DNA from: Caulobacteraceae bacterium
GTDB taxonomy: Bacteria; Pseudomonadota; Alphaproteobacteria; Caulobacterales; Caulobacteraceae
DNA: 64,000 nt
NCBI GenBank assembly: GCA_019695035.1
Contig: JAIBAU010000006.1
Location: forward strand, 34,817 to 98,816
Reading direction: 5' to 3'
Both the position numbers and the translations under genes were made by a program. Shown in pieces: positions 9,991-21,726 of the stretch; positions within the stretch are counted from its first letter, which is position 1; each line of letters opens with the position of its first letter. The notes below the pieces were generated by a model that ran no database searches, was not told the DNA's origin, and saw only the letters and a list, made by a program, of their open reading frames with translations.

Positions 9991-12213
9991 ATGAAGAACC
10001 TGATCAAGGCGTCGCTGCTGGCCAGTGTTGCATTCGGTTGCATGACGACCGCCGCCTACGCCCAGGATACTGACACCACGTCGGTGGACGAGGTGATCGT
10101 CACCGCCCGCCGGACCGAGGAAAACAACCAGCAGGTCCCGGCCGCCGTCTCCGCCTTCAACGAGCGTGCGCTCGAGCGGATGCAGGCTCAGGACACCACC
10201 GGCCTGCAGGGCGCGGTGCCGAACCTGAACATTGTGCAGGGCCGCGGCTCGTCCAACGCGACCAACATCTACATCCGCGGCGTCGGCCAGCCCGACGCGC
10301 TGCAGACCTTCGACCCCGCGGTCGGCGTCTATATCGACGACGTCTACCTGTCGCGCATCCGCGGCGCCCAGATGGACCTGCTGGACCTGGAGCGCGTGGA
10401 AGTGCTGCGCGGCCCGCAAGGCACGCTCTACGGCAAGAACACCATCGGCGGCGCCCTGAAGCTGGTCACCCGCAAGCCGGACCAGGAATTCCGCGCCAAC
10501 GCCTCGATCGCGGCCGGCGACTACTCGATGCTGGAAGCCAAGGCCGCCGTCTCCGGCCCGGTCAGCGACACCGTGGCGCTGGGCCTGGCGGGTCTCTACT
10601 CGTCGCACGACGGCTACGTCACCGACCGCTTGAACGGCCGTGAATACAACGACAAGAACACCTGGGGCGTCCGTGGCGCCCTGGCCTGGACCCCCTCGGA
10701 CCAGGTGCGGGTCGATATCGCCGCCGACTACTCGCGCGACGACGCGGCCCTGAACCTGGGTCAGCCGGTGAACAACCTGACCACCCTGTTCGGCGCGCCC
10801 CTGCTGACGGTGCCGAACCCCAATCACTACAACTTCACCGGCGCGGCCACCTCGACCCTGCCGAACTCGACGCAGCTGCGTCACTGGGGCGTGTCGGGCA
10901 CCGTCACCTACGACGTGAGCGACAACCTGACCTTCAAGTCGATCACCGCCTACCGCAATCTCGAGACCGACGACTACGTCGACATCGACGCCACCCAGCT
11001 CGAGACCGGCGACGCGTTCGTCGGCGTCGATCAGGACCAGACCAGCCAGGAATTCCAGCTGCTGTATTCGAGCGACAACTGGAACGTGGTGGCGGGCGTC
11101 TACTACCTTCGCGAAAACATCACCTCGCACCAGGAAGCCTATGCGGACGACCTGATCGGGGGCGGCATCACCTTCACGCGCTTCGTCGACGACGATCTGC
11201 AGACCACCAGCTGGGCCGGCTACGCCAACGCCAGCTACCGTTGGGACAACGGTCTGCAGCTGTCGGCCGGCATTCGCTACACGGAGGAAAAGAAGGACTA
11301 CGACCGCGCGACCTACACGGTCTCCAGCAACCCGCTGTTCACCTCGGTCGTGCCGTTCCCGTTCGTCGCCGACGACACCTGGGACGACTGGTCGCCGATG
11401 ATCTCGCTCGACTACCAGATCGACGACGATCACATGATCTACGCCCGCATCTCGCAGGGCTTCAAGTCGGGCGGCTTCAACGGCCGGGCCAACTCGCCGC
11501 AGGAGCGGACCGAGTATGATCCCGAAACGGCGACCACCTACGAGATCGGCGCCAAGACCCAGTGGTTCGACCGCACCCTGCGCCTGAACGCCACGGCCTT
11601 CTTCAACGACTACCAAGACTTCCAGGCCCGCGTGTCGTCGCTCGAGATCATCCTCGGCGTGCCGACCCCGCAGCTGTCGGTGTTCAACGCCGGCTCGATG
11701 GAGATCTTCGGCGTCGAGTTCGAAGGCCAGTGGACCCCGATCCAGGGCCTGCTGCTGGAGTCGCAGATCGGCTACCTGAATGCCGACTACAAGGAGTTCG
11801 ACGACCTGCGCTTCGCCGCCTTCGGCGGCAGCCGCGCGTTCCAGCAGCCGGCGTTCGCGCCGGAATGGACGGCTCGTTTCGCCGGCCAGTACGAGTGGAA
11901 CCTGAACGGCAACGGCTACTTCCTGGTGGGCGCCAACGCCCGCTACCGTTCGGAAATGGCGCTGGCGGTGGACAACACCTTCACCAACACCAACGTCCGC
12001 AACGGACTGTGGTCTGACGACTACTGGCTGTTTGACGCCCGGGCCGTCTGGCAGAACGAAGACCGCCGCTACAGCATCGGCGTCTACGGCCAGAACCTGA
12101 CGGACGAGGTCTACCGCACCGAGGGCCAGGAGTTCTCGTCGGTGGGTTCGATCCGCACGACCTACTACGGCGCGCCGCGCACCTGGTTCGTGCGCTTCAC
12201 CGCCCGCTACTGA
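9991..12213 (+). CDS. TonB-dependent receptor
   Basis: 740 aa. It has a signal peptide, a plug region (EVIVTARR, VEVLRGPQGTLYGKNTIGG) and a C-terminal beta-barrel ending in FVRFTARY. Confidence 0.93.
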   Translation: MKNLIKASLLASVAFGCMTTAAYAQDTDTTSVDEVIVTARRTEENNQQVPAAVSAFNERALERMQAQDTTGLQGAVPNLNIVQGRGSSNATNIYIRGVGQPDALQTFDPAVGVYIDDVYLSRIRGAQMDLLDLERVEVLRGPQGTLYGKNTIGGALKLVTRKPDQEFRANASIAAGDYSMLEAKAAVSGPVSDTVALGLAGLYSSHDGYVTDRLNGREYNDKNTWGVRGALAWTPSDQVRVDIAADYSRDDAALNLGQPVNNLTTLFGAPLLTVPNPNHYNFTGAATSTLPNSTQLRHWGVSGTVTYDVSDNLTFKSITAYRNLETDDYVDIDATQLETGDAFVGVDQDQTSQEFQLLYSSDNWNVVAGVYYLRENITSHQEAYADDLIGGGITFTRFVDDDLQTTSWAGYANASYRWDNGLQLSAGIRYTEEKKDYDRATYTVSSNPLFTSVVPFPFVADDTWDDWSPMISLDYQIDDDHMIYARISQGFKSGGFNGRANSPQERTEYDPETATTYEIGAKTQWFDRTLRLNATAFFNDYQDFQARVSSLEIILGVPTPQLSVFNAGSMEIFGVEFEGQWTPIQGLLLESQIGYLNADYKEFDDLRFAAFGGSRAFQQPAFAPEWTARFAGQYEWNLNGNGYFLVGANARYRSEMALAVDNTFTNTNVRNGLWSDDYWLFDARAVWQNEDRRYSIGVYGQNLTDEVYRTEGQEFSSVGSIRTTYYGAPRTWFVRFTARY

Positions 12214-12246
12214 TCCTGAGGGGCTTCACGCCCGGCTGAGAGAACT

Positions 12247-12275
12247 GGCCCCCGGCTTCGCCGGGGGCCTTTTTC
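12247..12275. terminator. bidirectional rho-independent terminator between convergent genes
   Basis: GGCCCCCGG (12247-55), loop CTTCG, CCGGGGGCC (12261-69), followed by TTTTT. Confidence 0.6.
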
Positions 12276-12282
12276 TTGTCCG

Positions 12283-13827
12283 TCAGTCCAGGGGGACCAG
12301 GCCGGCCCGCAGTTCGCGCTTGAGCACCTTTCCCGTGGCGTTGCGCGGCAGGTCGTCGACCAGGTGCACGGCGGCGACCTTCTGGAAGCGCGCCAGGCGC
12401 GCGTTCAGCCAGTCACGCAGGTCGGGCGCGGCCAGACCGGAGTCCTCGGCCGGGACCACGAAGGCCACCGGCGTTTCGCCCCACTTTCGGCTCGGCGCGC
12501 CCACAACGGCGCACTGGGCGACGCCGGGATGCTCGAACAGGATGGCTTCCACGTCGGCGGGATAGACGTTCTGTCCGCCGCTCAGGATCATGTCCTTCTT
12601 GCGATCCACGACATAGAGGAAGCCCTCCTCATCGACGCGGCCGATATCCCCGGTGCGCAGCCAGGGCCGGCCTTGGGGGTCGGTCCAGGTCGCTTCGGCG
12701 GTGGCGTCGGGTCGGTTCCAGTAACCGTCCATGGAGAAGCGCCCGCGCCCGACGATCTCTCCGGCCTCGCCCGGCGGCGCGGGTCGATCGTCCGCGCCCA
12801 GGATCAGGATGTCGCCGCCGGCCACGGGCTTGCCCACGGAGGCCAGGCGGTCGGGGGCGTCTTCGGGATCCAGCGTCGTGATCACGCCCTCGGTGGAGCC
12901 GTAGAGTTCGATCAGGACCCCGCCCAGCCGCTCGAGCAACGCCGCCTTGACCCCCGCAGGCAGCGGCGAGCCGCAGCACATCAGCGACTGCAAGCCTCGG
13001 CCCGCGTGGGGGTCGTCGTCAGGCCATGCCTCAAGCAGGCGCTGGCACAGCAACGGCACCATGGAGACGTGCGTGACGCCGCGCTTGCGGATCAGGGCGA
13101 AGAAGCCCTCGCCGTCAAAGGCTCGTTCGACAAGCACGGTCCCTCCAGCCATCAGGGTGCAGAGCAGGCTCACCCAGCTGATGTTGGAGTGGAGGCCCAC
13201 CACCACGGCGGTGCGCGCGCCGGAGTGATAGCGCAGGGCCTGTCCGACGTCCTGGGCCCACGCGAGCCGCTGGCCGTGGGTATGGACGATACCCTTCGGC
13301 ATCCCCGTCGTCCCTGAGGAATAGATGATGTTGCACAGATCGTCGGGCTGCACGGCCTGGCCGGGATCGGAGTCGGAGCTGCCGTCGCGCCAGGCGTGGT
13401 AGTCGGTCCCGCGGGAGCCCCCGCGCACGATCAATCCCCCGTCGACGAGGCCGTCCAGCGGCAGGTCCCTGGCGGCGTGCTCCTCGCTGAGGAAAAGGGC
13501 GCGAACCCCGGCATCGCGCATCATGGCGGCGACCGCAGCGTCGGTGACGCCGGGATTGACCGGCACCGCTGCGATCCCGGCCCGCATCAGCCCCACCAGC
13601 ACCTCGACCGTCGACAGGCTGTTGGACATCAGGACCGCGGCCCGGTCCCCGTGGCTCAGGCCGATAGCCCTCAGGCCGGCGCCGACCTGGTTGGAGCGGG
13701 CCATCAGTTCGGCCCAGGTGAGGGTTCCGTCCCAGCTTTCCACGGCCGGGCGGCTGGCCCGCCAGCGGCCGTGCAGGGCCCAGATCTCGGGCAGGAGCGG
13801 GGTCGTGTTGGCGAAGGCGTCGGCCAT
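12283..13827 (-). CDS. AMP-dependent acyl-CoA synthetase/ligase (class I adenylate-forming enzyme)
   Basis: 514 aa with IIYSSGTTGMPKG (AMP-binding motif), TGDIGRVDEEGFLYVVDRKKD and PRNATGKVLKRELR. Confidence 0.9.
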   Translation of the reverse strand: MADAFANTTPLLPEIWALHGRWRASRPAVESWDGTLTWAELMARSNQVGAGLRAIGLSHGDRAAVLMSNSLSTVEVLVGLMRAGIAAVPVNPGVTDAAVAAMMRDAGVRALFLSEEHAARDLPLDGLVDGGLIVRGGSRGTDYHAWRDGSSDSDPGQAVQPDDLCNIIYSSGTTGMPKGIVHTHGQRLAWAQDVGQALRYHSGARTAVVVGLHSNISWVSLLCTLMAGGTVLVERAFDGEGFFALIRKRGVTHVSMVPLLCQRLLEAWPDDDPHAGRGLQSLMCCGSPLPAGVKAALLERLGGVLIELYGSTEGVITTLDPEDAPDRLASVGKPVAGGDILILGADDRPAPPGEAGEIVGRGRFSMDGYWNRPDATAEATWTDPQGRPWLRTGDIGRVDEEGFLYVVDRKKDMILSGGQNVYPADVEAILFEHPGVAQCAVVGAPSRKWGETPVAFVVPAEDSGLAAPDLRDWLNARLARFQKVAAVHLVDDLPRNATGKVLKRELRAGLVPLD

Positions 13828-14003
13828 GGTCGGAGCTCCCTGAAGCTCTCGTTATTCATCTATTGAGGAATTATCCGGAGTGCATTGCAAGGCTTTTTCC
13901 GGCGCGGCGGGGGGGCACGGTTGAACCCTTGTTTCACGCATGCGAATAACCACCCCCCGGCTTGGCCGGGTCTCCTGCCCCCGCTTCGGTTTCCAAGGCG
14001 CTC

Positions 14004-15200
14004 ATGAACATCCACGAACACCAGGCCAAGGCCGTGCTGCGCGAATTCGGCGTGCCGGTTCCCAACGGCTTTCCCGTCTTCACCGCCGCGGAAGCCGCCA
14101 ATGCGGCGAAGTACCTGAAGGATTCGCCGGTGTTCGTGGTGAAGAGCCAGATCCATGCCGGCGGCCGCGGCAAGGGCCGCTTCGCCGAACTGGGCCCCGA
14201 CGCCAAGGGCGGGGTCCGCGTCGTCAAGACCGCCGCGGAGGTCGAGGAGAACGCCAAGGAGATGCTCGGGAAGACCCTGGTCACCGTGCAGACGGGGCCC
14301 AAGGGCAAGGTCGTGAACCGCCTCTACATCGAGGAGGGCGCCGACATTCAGCGCGAGCTCTACTTCTCGATGCTGGTGGACCGCGAAACCAGCCGCATCG
14401 CTGTGGTGGCTTCCACCGAAGGCGGCATGGACATCGAGAAGGTCGCTCACGAGACTCCCGACAAGATCCACACCTTCCAGATCGACCCCGCCACGGGCGT
14501 CATGCCCCATCACGGCCGCGCCGTGGCCAAGGCGCTGGACCTCAAGGGGGACCAGGCCAAGCAGATGGCCCGCATCCTGGGCCAGCTCTACACGGCGTTC
14601 ACCGCCAAGGACATGAGCCTGCTGGAGGTGAACCCCCTGATCGTGACGGGCGACGGCAAGGTGGTCCTGCTCGACGCCAAGATCAGCTTCGACGACAACG
14701 CCGAGTACCGCCACCCGGAACTGAGCGAGCTGCGCGACCTGACGGAAGAGGACGAAAAGGAGGTCGAGGCCTCCAAGTTCGACCTGTCCTACATCGCGCT
14801 CGACGGCGACATCGGCTGCATGGTCAACGGCGCTGGCCTGGCCATGGCGACCATGGACATCATCAAGCTGTACGGCGCCGAGCCCGCCAACTTCCTCGAC
14901 GTCGGCGGCGGCGCCTCCAAGGAGAAGGTCACCGCCGCCTTCAAGATCATCACCTCGGATCCGGCGGTGAAGGGCATCCTGGTGAACATCTTCGGCGGCA
15001 TCATGCGCTGCGACATCATCGCCGAGGGCGTGATCGCGGCGGTCAAGGAGGTGGGCCTGAAGGTGCCCCTGGTGGTCCGTCTTGAAGGCACCAACGTCGA
15101 CCTGGGCAAGAAGATCCTGAACGAGAGCGGCCTCGACGTCATCGCCGCCGACGACCTGGCCGACGCCGCCGAGAAGATTGTGAAGGCGGTGAAGGGGTGA
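14004..15200 (+). CDS. sucC: succinate--CoA ligase (ADP-forming) beta subunit
   Basis: Starts at [20 protein letters not shown]. 398 aa with conserved SucC motifs throughout. Confidence 0.97.
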   Translation: MNIHEHQAKAVLREFGVPVPNGFPVFTAAEAANAAKYLKDSPVFVVKSQIHAGGRGKGRFAELGPDAKGGVRVVKTAAEVEENAKEMLGKTLVTVQTGPKGKVVNRLYIEEGADIQRELYFSMLVDRETSRIAVVASTEGGMDIEKVAHETPDKIHTFQIDPATGVMPHHGRAVAKALDLKGDQAKQMARILGQLYTAFTAKDMSLLEVNPLIVTGDGKVVLLDAKISFDDNAEYRHPELSELRDLTEEDEKEVEASKFDLSYIALDGDIGCMVNGAGLAMATMDIIKLYGAEPANFLDVGGGASKEKVTAAFKIITSDPAVKGILVNIFGGIMRCDIIAEGVIAAVKEVGLKVPLVVRLEGTNVDLGKKILNESGLDVIAADDLADAAEKIVKAVKG

Positions 15201-15565
15201 TCCGTTTCGCGGCCGTCGCCGCCGTCCTGCTGACGCTCGCCGCCGGGGCCTCCGCGCCGCCGGCGCAAGCCCGTCAGCTGGCCTGCGATTTCGGTCCGGT
15301 GCAGCGGGAGTATGGCGGGCAGTACTGGAAGGTGTTCGCCTGCGAAGACGACCGCACGATCATCCTCGTCGCCGGCCCCGGCAACCGCGCCACCCCCTAC
15401 GTCTTCACCTTCGCACCCGGTGAGGGGGAAGCCTATGTGCTGACCGGCAAGGGCGCCGGCGACCCGACTTACGTCGAAAAGGCGCGATCGGAACTGGCCA
15501 CGCTACGCCCGGCGCAGGTGCGCGACCTGCACCGTGCGGCCAAGGCCAAGGGAGACGGAGCCTGA
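15197..15565 (+). CDS. hypothetical secreted protein inserted between sucC and sucD
   Basis: 122 aa. The GTG start overlaps the sucC stop (GTGA at 15197-15200). Signal peptide [24 protein letters not shown], with strong G/C3 codon bias. Confidence 0.65.
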   Translation: MIRFAAVAAVLLTLAAGASAPPAQARQLACDFGPVQREYGGQYWKVFACEDDRTIILVAGPGNRATPYVFTFAPGEGEAYVLTGKGAGDPTYVEKARSELATLRPAQVRDLHRAAKAKGDGA

Positions 15566-16218
15566 TGCGCCCCATCCTTGTCTCGGTCGTCCTCGCCGCG
15601 GCCTCGTTGACGCCGGCCTTCGCCGCCGCGCCCTCGCCGGCGGCTCCCCTGCCGGCGCCGGGGCCGTCCCAGCCCGACCCGCGCATCGGAGGATACCTGT
15701 TCCGGACCCTCTGCCTGGAAGGCGGCGTGTCCCCTCAGGGCATGGTCGACAAGGCCCGGGCGAAGGGCGTGCGGGACTTCGTCGACGCGCCCCTCTCCGA
15801 TCCCGAGAACCCGGCGATCCGGCTCGATTTCCACAAGCGGGGCGCGGCCCAGTTCGACGGTCAGAGCTTCCTGTTCACGGTCCGGCACCGGGTGCTGACC
15901 GTCTCGAGCGGCCGGCCGGTGCACTTTACCGAATGCATGGTGGACCTGCCGGCGGGCCGGCAGGCCGCCGCGGTCGCCGCCGACGTCGGCAGCATGCTTG
16001 GCCCGGCCAATCAGGAGGGCGCGGTCTGGCGCTGGGCCTGGCAGTTCGGACCGGCCGGGGCCAAGGCGCGGGACGCCAGCATGACCGGCGTATCCTCCGC
16101 GGCCATCGAGGCGCAGGACCTGAGCGCCGGCGACTGGCTCGCCCGCGCCCGCGTGACGGGCGACGAAAACATGACCAGCGCCTACCTCAGCCTGTTCAGC
16201 CCGCTGGAGGCCCGATGA
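15565..16218 (+). CDS. hypothetical secreted protein inserted between sucC and sucD
   Basis: 217 aa. The ATG overlaps the preceding stop by 1 nt (TGATG at 15563-15567). Signal peptide [20 protein letters not shown]. Confidence 0.65.
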   Translation: MRPILVSVVLAAASLTPAFAAAPSPAAPLPAPGPSQPDPRIGGYLFRTLCLEGGVSPQGMVDKARAKGVRDFVDAPLSDPENPAIRLDFHKRGAAQFDGQSFLFTVRHRVLTVSSGRPVHFTECMVDLPAGRQAAAVAADVGSMLGPANQEGAVWRWAWQFGPAGAKARDASMTGVSSAAIEAQDLSAGDWLARARVTGDENMTSAYLSLFSPLEAR

Positions 16219-16322
16219 TGCGCCGCTTCTCCCCCGCGCGGGCCCACTCCCAGATCGACGGGGGCGGTCCGGTCGCCGGCCCCCTGTCCAGCCTCTAACG
16301 ATCCGAAGAAACGCAACGCTCC

Positions 16323-17207
16323 ATGTCCATCCTCGTCGACAAGAACACCAAGGTCATCTGCCAGGGGATCACCGGATCCCAGGGGACCTTCCATACCGAG
16401 CAGGCGGCGGCCTACGGCACGCGCATGGTCGGGGGCGTGACTCCGGGCAAGGGCGGGACCACGCACATCAACCTGCCGGTCTTCGATACGGTGGGCGAGG
16501 CGGTCGAGGCGACCGGCGCGACGGCCAGCGTCATCTACGTCCCGCCCCCCTTCGCCGCCGACTCGATCCTGGAGGCGATCGATGCGGAGGTGCCGCTGAT
16601 CGTCTGCATCACCGAGGGCATCCCGGTGCTGGACATGGTCAAGGTCAAACGGTCCCTGGCGGGCTCGAAGTCGCGCCTGATCGGCCCCAATTGCCCGGGC
16701 GTGCTGACGCCCGACGAATGCAAGATCGGCATCATGCCGGGCAACATCTTCTCCAAGGGGTCCGTCGGCGTGGTGTCGCGCTCGGGGACCCTGACCTATG
16801 AGGCGGTGTTCCAGACCACCAATGCGGGCTTGGGTCAGACCACGGCGGTGGGCATCGGCGGCGATCCGGTCAAGGGCACCGAGTTCATCGACGTGCTCGA
16901 GATGTTCCTGGCCGACGAGGCGACCCAGTCGATCATCATGATCGGCGAGATCGGCGGCAGCGCCGAGGAGGACGCAGCCCAGTTCCTGGCCGACGAGAAG
17001 AAGAAGGGCCGCTGGAAGCCCACGGTGGGCTTCATCGCCGGCCGGACGGCTCCTCCCGGCCGACGCATGGGCCACGCCGGGGCGATCATTTCGGGCGGCA
17101 AGGGCGGCGCCGAAGACAAGATCGCGGCCATGGAAGCGGCCGGGATCCGGGTCTCGCCCTCTCCCGCGGCCCTGGGCGAAACCCTGATGGCGGCCCTGAA
17201 GGGCTAG
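16323..17207 (+). CDS. sucD: succinate--CoA ligase alpha subunit
   Basis: 294 aa beginning [24 protein letters not shown]. The active-site region is GHAGAII. Confidence 0.97.
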   Translation: MSILVDKNTKVICQGITGSQGTFHTEQAAAYGTRMVGGVTPGKGGTTHINLPVFDTVGEAVEATGATASVIYVPPPFAADSILEAIDAEVPLIVCITEGIPVLDMVKVKRSLAGSKSRLIGPNCPGVLTPDECKIGIMPGNIFSKGSVGVVSRSGTLTYEAVFQTTNAGLGQTTAVGIGGDPVKGTEFIDVLEMFLADEATQSIIMIGEIGGSAEEDAAQFLADEKKKGRWKPTVGFIAGRTAPPGRRMGHAGAIISGGKGGAEDKIAAMEAAGIRVSPSPAALGETLMAALKG

Positions 17208-17320
17208 GCCCGGCGAAAAGCCGCCATCGGGGCCTTGTCTGGCAATGACTTGGTCAGATTGAGACACTACATATCGGACGCCCTCCTCCCCTGCGGGGCG
17301 CGCAAGGACGACAAGACACC

Positions 17321-20272
17321 ATGGCTGACGATTCCGGCCGGCTGAACCAGGTCTTCGCCGAGACCAGCTTCCTCTATGGCGGCAACGCCGCCTTCGTCGA
17401 GGATCTGCACGAGAAATGGGCCGCCGATCCCGCCTCGGTCAGTCCCGCCTGGAAGGCGTTCTTCGACAGCCTGAAGGACCAGCCGGGCGAAGTCCGCCAG
17501 GCCGCCGGCGCCGCCGCCTGGGGCCGACCGGGCGCGATCGCCCGCACCGAGGAGCTCTCCGCCCTGGACGGCATGTGGCCCGCCATCGAGGCCAAGACCG
17601 CAAAGTCCATCGAAGCCCGCGCTCCGGCCGGGACCAGCCAGTCCGACATTCGCGCCGCCGCCCACGACTCCGTGCGCGCGCTGATGCTGATCCGCACCTA
17701 CCGCATCCGCGGCCACCTCCACGCCAACCTCGATCCCCTGGGGCTGGAGCCGCCGATCCACAACGCCGAGCTGGAGCCGGGGTTCTACGGGTTCTCGGAA
17801 GCCGACATGGACCGGCCGATCTACATCGACGGGGTGCTGGGGCTGCAGGAAGCAACCCTGCGCGAGATCCTGCAGATCGTGCGCCGCACCTACTGCGGCA
17901 ACATCGGCGTGCAGTACATGCACATCGCCGAGCCGGCCGAAAAGGCCTGGATCCAGGAGCGCATCGAGGGCCGCGACAAGGAGATCCAGTTCACCCCCGA
18001 GGGCAAGCTGGCCATCCTGAAGAAGCTGGTCGAGGCCGAGACTTTCGAACGCTTCCTGCACAAGCGTTTCCCCGGCACCAAGCGCTTCGGCCTGGACGGC
18101 GGCGAGGCCATGGTTCCGGCGCTGGAACAGGTGATCAAGCGCGGCGGTCAGATGGGCGTCGACGAAATCGTCCTCGGCATGCCCCACCGCGGCCGCCTGA
18201 ACGTGCTGGCCGCCGTCATGGGCAAGCCCTATCGGGCCATCTTCCACGAATTCCAGGGCGGTTCGTCGGTCCCCTCGGACATCGAGGGTTCTGGCGATGT
18301 GAAGTACCACATGGGCGCCTCCTCGGACCGTGAGTTCGAGGGCAAGAGCGTCCACCTGTCGCTGACCGCCAACCCCTCCCACCTGGAGATCGTCAACCCG
18401 GTCGTGCTGGGCAAGGCGCGGGCCAAGCAGGCCTTCGACATCGCCAAGAACCCCGACGCCTCGCGCGGCGCGGTCATGCCGCTGCTGCTGCACGGCGACG
18501 CCGCCTTCGCCGGCCAGGGCGTGGTGGCCGAGTGCTTCGCCCTGATGGGGCTGAAGGGTTACCGCACCGGCGGCACGGTCCACTTCATCGTCAACAATCA
18601 GATCGGCTTCACCACCAGCCCGCGCAATTCGCGCTCCTCGCCCTATCCCTCGGACGTGGCGCTGATGGTGCAGGCCCCGATTTTCCACGCCAACGGCGAC
18701 GATCCGGAAGCGGTGGTGTTCGCCGCCCGGCTGGCCACCGAGTTCCGCCAGATCTTCGCCAAGGACGCGGTGGTGGACATGTTCTGCTACCGCCGCTTCG
18801 GGCACAACGAGGGCGACGATCCCACGTTCACCCAGCCCCTGATGTACGCCAAGATCAAGGGCCACCCCTCGACTCGCGAACTCTACGCCCAGCGCCTGAT
18901 CAGCGAAGGCCTGATCACCCAGGCCGACGCGGACAGGATGGTCTCCGACTTCGAGGCCTACCTCGACGCCGAGATGGAGGCGGGCAAGACCTTCGCCGCC
19001 GAGAAGGCCGACTGGCTGGACGGGGCGTGGACGGGCATGGGCCTGCCGGACGGCGACGAGCGCAAGGGCGAGACCGGCGTGCCCGAGGCGTTGCTGCGCG
19101 AGATCGGAACCAAGCTGACCACGGTGCCGGACGGGGTCGACGCCCACAAGACGCTGCGCCGGGTCATGGAAGGCCGCAGGGCGGCCATCGACAGCGGCCG
19201 CGACATCGACTGGGCCACCGCCGAGAGCCTCGCCTTCGGCTCGCTGCTGTACGAGGGCTTCCCCGTCCGCCTGTCCGGGCAGGACTCGGTTCGCGGGACC
19301 TTCAGCCAGCGCCATTCGGGCGTCATCGACCAGACGACCGAGCAGAAGTACGTCCCCCTCGACCACCTGCGCGACGGGCAACCGCCCTTCGAATGCATCG
19401 ATTCCGCCCTGTCGGAAGAAGCGGTGCTGGGCTTCGAGTACGGCTATTCCCTGACCGATCCGAACACCCTGACCATGTGGGAAGCCCAGTTCGGCGACTT
19501 CGTGAACGGCGCCCAAGTGGTCATCGACCAGTTCATTTCCTCGGGCGAGCGCAAGTGGCTGCGCATGTGCGGTCTGACCATGTTGCTGCCGCATGGCTAC
19601 GAGGGGCAGGGGCCGGAACACTCATCGGCGCGCCTCGAGCGCTTCCTGCAGCTGTGCGCCGAGGACAACATGCAGGTGGCCAACTGCTCGACCCCGGCCA
19701 ACTATTTCCACATCCTGCGCCGCCAGATCCACCGGCCGTTCCGGAAGCCGCTGGTGCTGATGACCCCCAAGTCCCTGCTGCGCCACAAGAAGGCGGTGTC
19801 GAACCTCGAGGACATGGTCGAGGGCACTGCATTCCGGCGCGTCATGTGGGACGGCGCCGAAGCGGGTTGCGACGTGGGCGGCATCCAGCTCAAGCCCGAC
19901 GCCGAGATCACGCGGGTGATCATGTGCACCGGCAAGGTCTACTTCGACCTGGTCGATGCGCGCGCCAAGGCGGGCCGAAACGACGTCTATCTGATGCGGG
20001 TGGAACAGCTCTATCCGTGGCCGATCAAGTCCCTGATGAAGGAGCTCGGCCGGTTCGGCAACGCCGAACTGATCTGGTGCCAGGAGGAGCCCAAGAACAT
20101 GGGCGCCTGGACCTTCATCGATCCGTGGGTCGAACTGACGCTGGAGAAGCTGGACGTGAAGGCCAAGCGGGCCCGCTACGTCGGCCGCCCGGCCTCGGCC
20201 TCGACCGCCGCCGGCCTGATGAGCCGCCACCTGAAGGAGCTCGAGGCCTTCCTGACGGAAGCCTTCGCCTGA
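17321..20272 (+). CDS. sucA: 2-oxoglutarate dehydrogenase E1 component
   Basis: 983 aa. It contains GNAAFVEDLHEKW, RGHLHANLDPLG and the TPP-binding regions. Confidence 0.97.
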   Translation: MADDSGRLNQVFAETSFLYGGNAAFVEDLHEKWAADPASVSPAWKAFFDSLKDQPGEVRQAAGAAAWGRPGAIARTEELSALDGMWPAIEAKTAKSIEARAPAGTSQSDIRAAAHDSVRALMLIRTYRIRGHLHANLDPLGLEPPIHNAELEPGFYGFSEADMDRPIYIDGVLGLQEATLREILQIVRRTYCGNIGVQYMHIAEPAEKAWIQERIEGRDKEIQFTPEGKLAILKKLVEAETFERFLHKRFPGTKRFGLDGGEAMVPALEQVIKRGGQMGVDEIVLGMPHRGRLNVLAAVMGKPYRAIFHEFQGGSSVPSDIEGSGDVKYHMGASSDREFEGKSVHLSLTANPSHLEIVNPVVLGKARAKQAFDIAKNPDASRGAVMPLLLHGDAAFAGQGVVAECFALMGLKGYRTGGTVHFIVNNQIGFTTSPRNSRSSPYPSDVALMVQAPIFHANGDDPEAVVFAARLATEFRQIFAKDAVVDMFCYRRFGHNEGDDPTFTQPLMYAKIKGHPSTRELYAQRLISEGLITQADADRMVSDFEAYLDAEMEAGKTFAAEKADWLDGAWTGMGLPDGDERKGETGVPEALLREIGTKLTTVPDGVDAHKTLRRVMEGRRAAIDSGRDIDWATAESLAFGSLLYEGFPVRLSGQDSVRGTFSQRHSGVIDQTTEQKYVPLDHLRDGQPPFECIDSALSEEAVLGFEYGYSLTDPNTLTMWEAQFGDFVNGAQVVIDQFISSGERKWLRMCGLTMLLPHGYEGQGPEHSSARLERFLQLCAEDNMQVANCSTPANYFHILRRQIHRPFRKPLVLMTPKSLLRHKKAVSNLEDMVEGTAFRRVMWDGAEAGCDVGGIQLKPDAEITRVIMCTGKVYFDLVDARAKAGRNDVYLMRVEQLYPWPIKSLMKELGRFGNAELIWCQEEPKNMGAWTFIDPWVELTLEKLDVKAKRARYVGRPASASTAAGLMSRHLKELEAFLTEAFA

Positions 20273-20351
20273 ACCTGACCGCCTAGTCTAACTCGCCTGC
20301 CGGGGGTATGACCCGGCCATCCAATCGACGCCTGCCCGGAGCCTTATCTCA

Positions 20352-21602
<1,251 letters not shown>

Positions 21603-21726
21603 GACGCCCGCCGCTCACGGATGAGCGACTGTCCAGTCGCGGAACTCGCTGGGTCCTGTAAGGATCCGTCCCCACCAGCCGACCTGCGGCCGCCCGCCGG
21701 TCGAATATCCCGGCGCCTCGCCGCGG

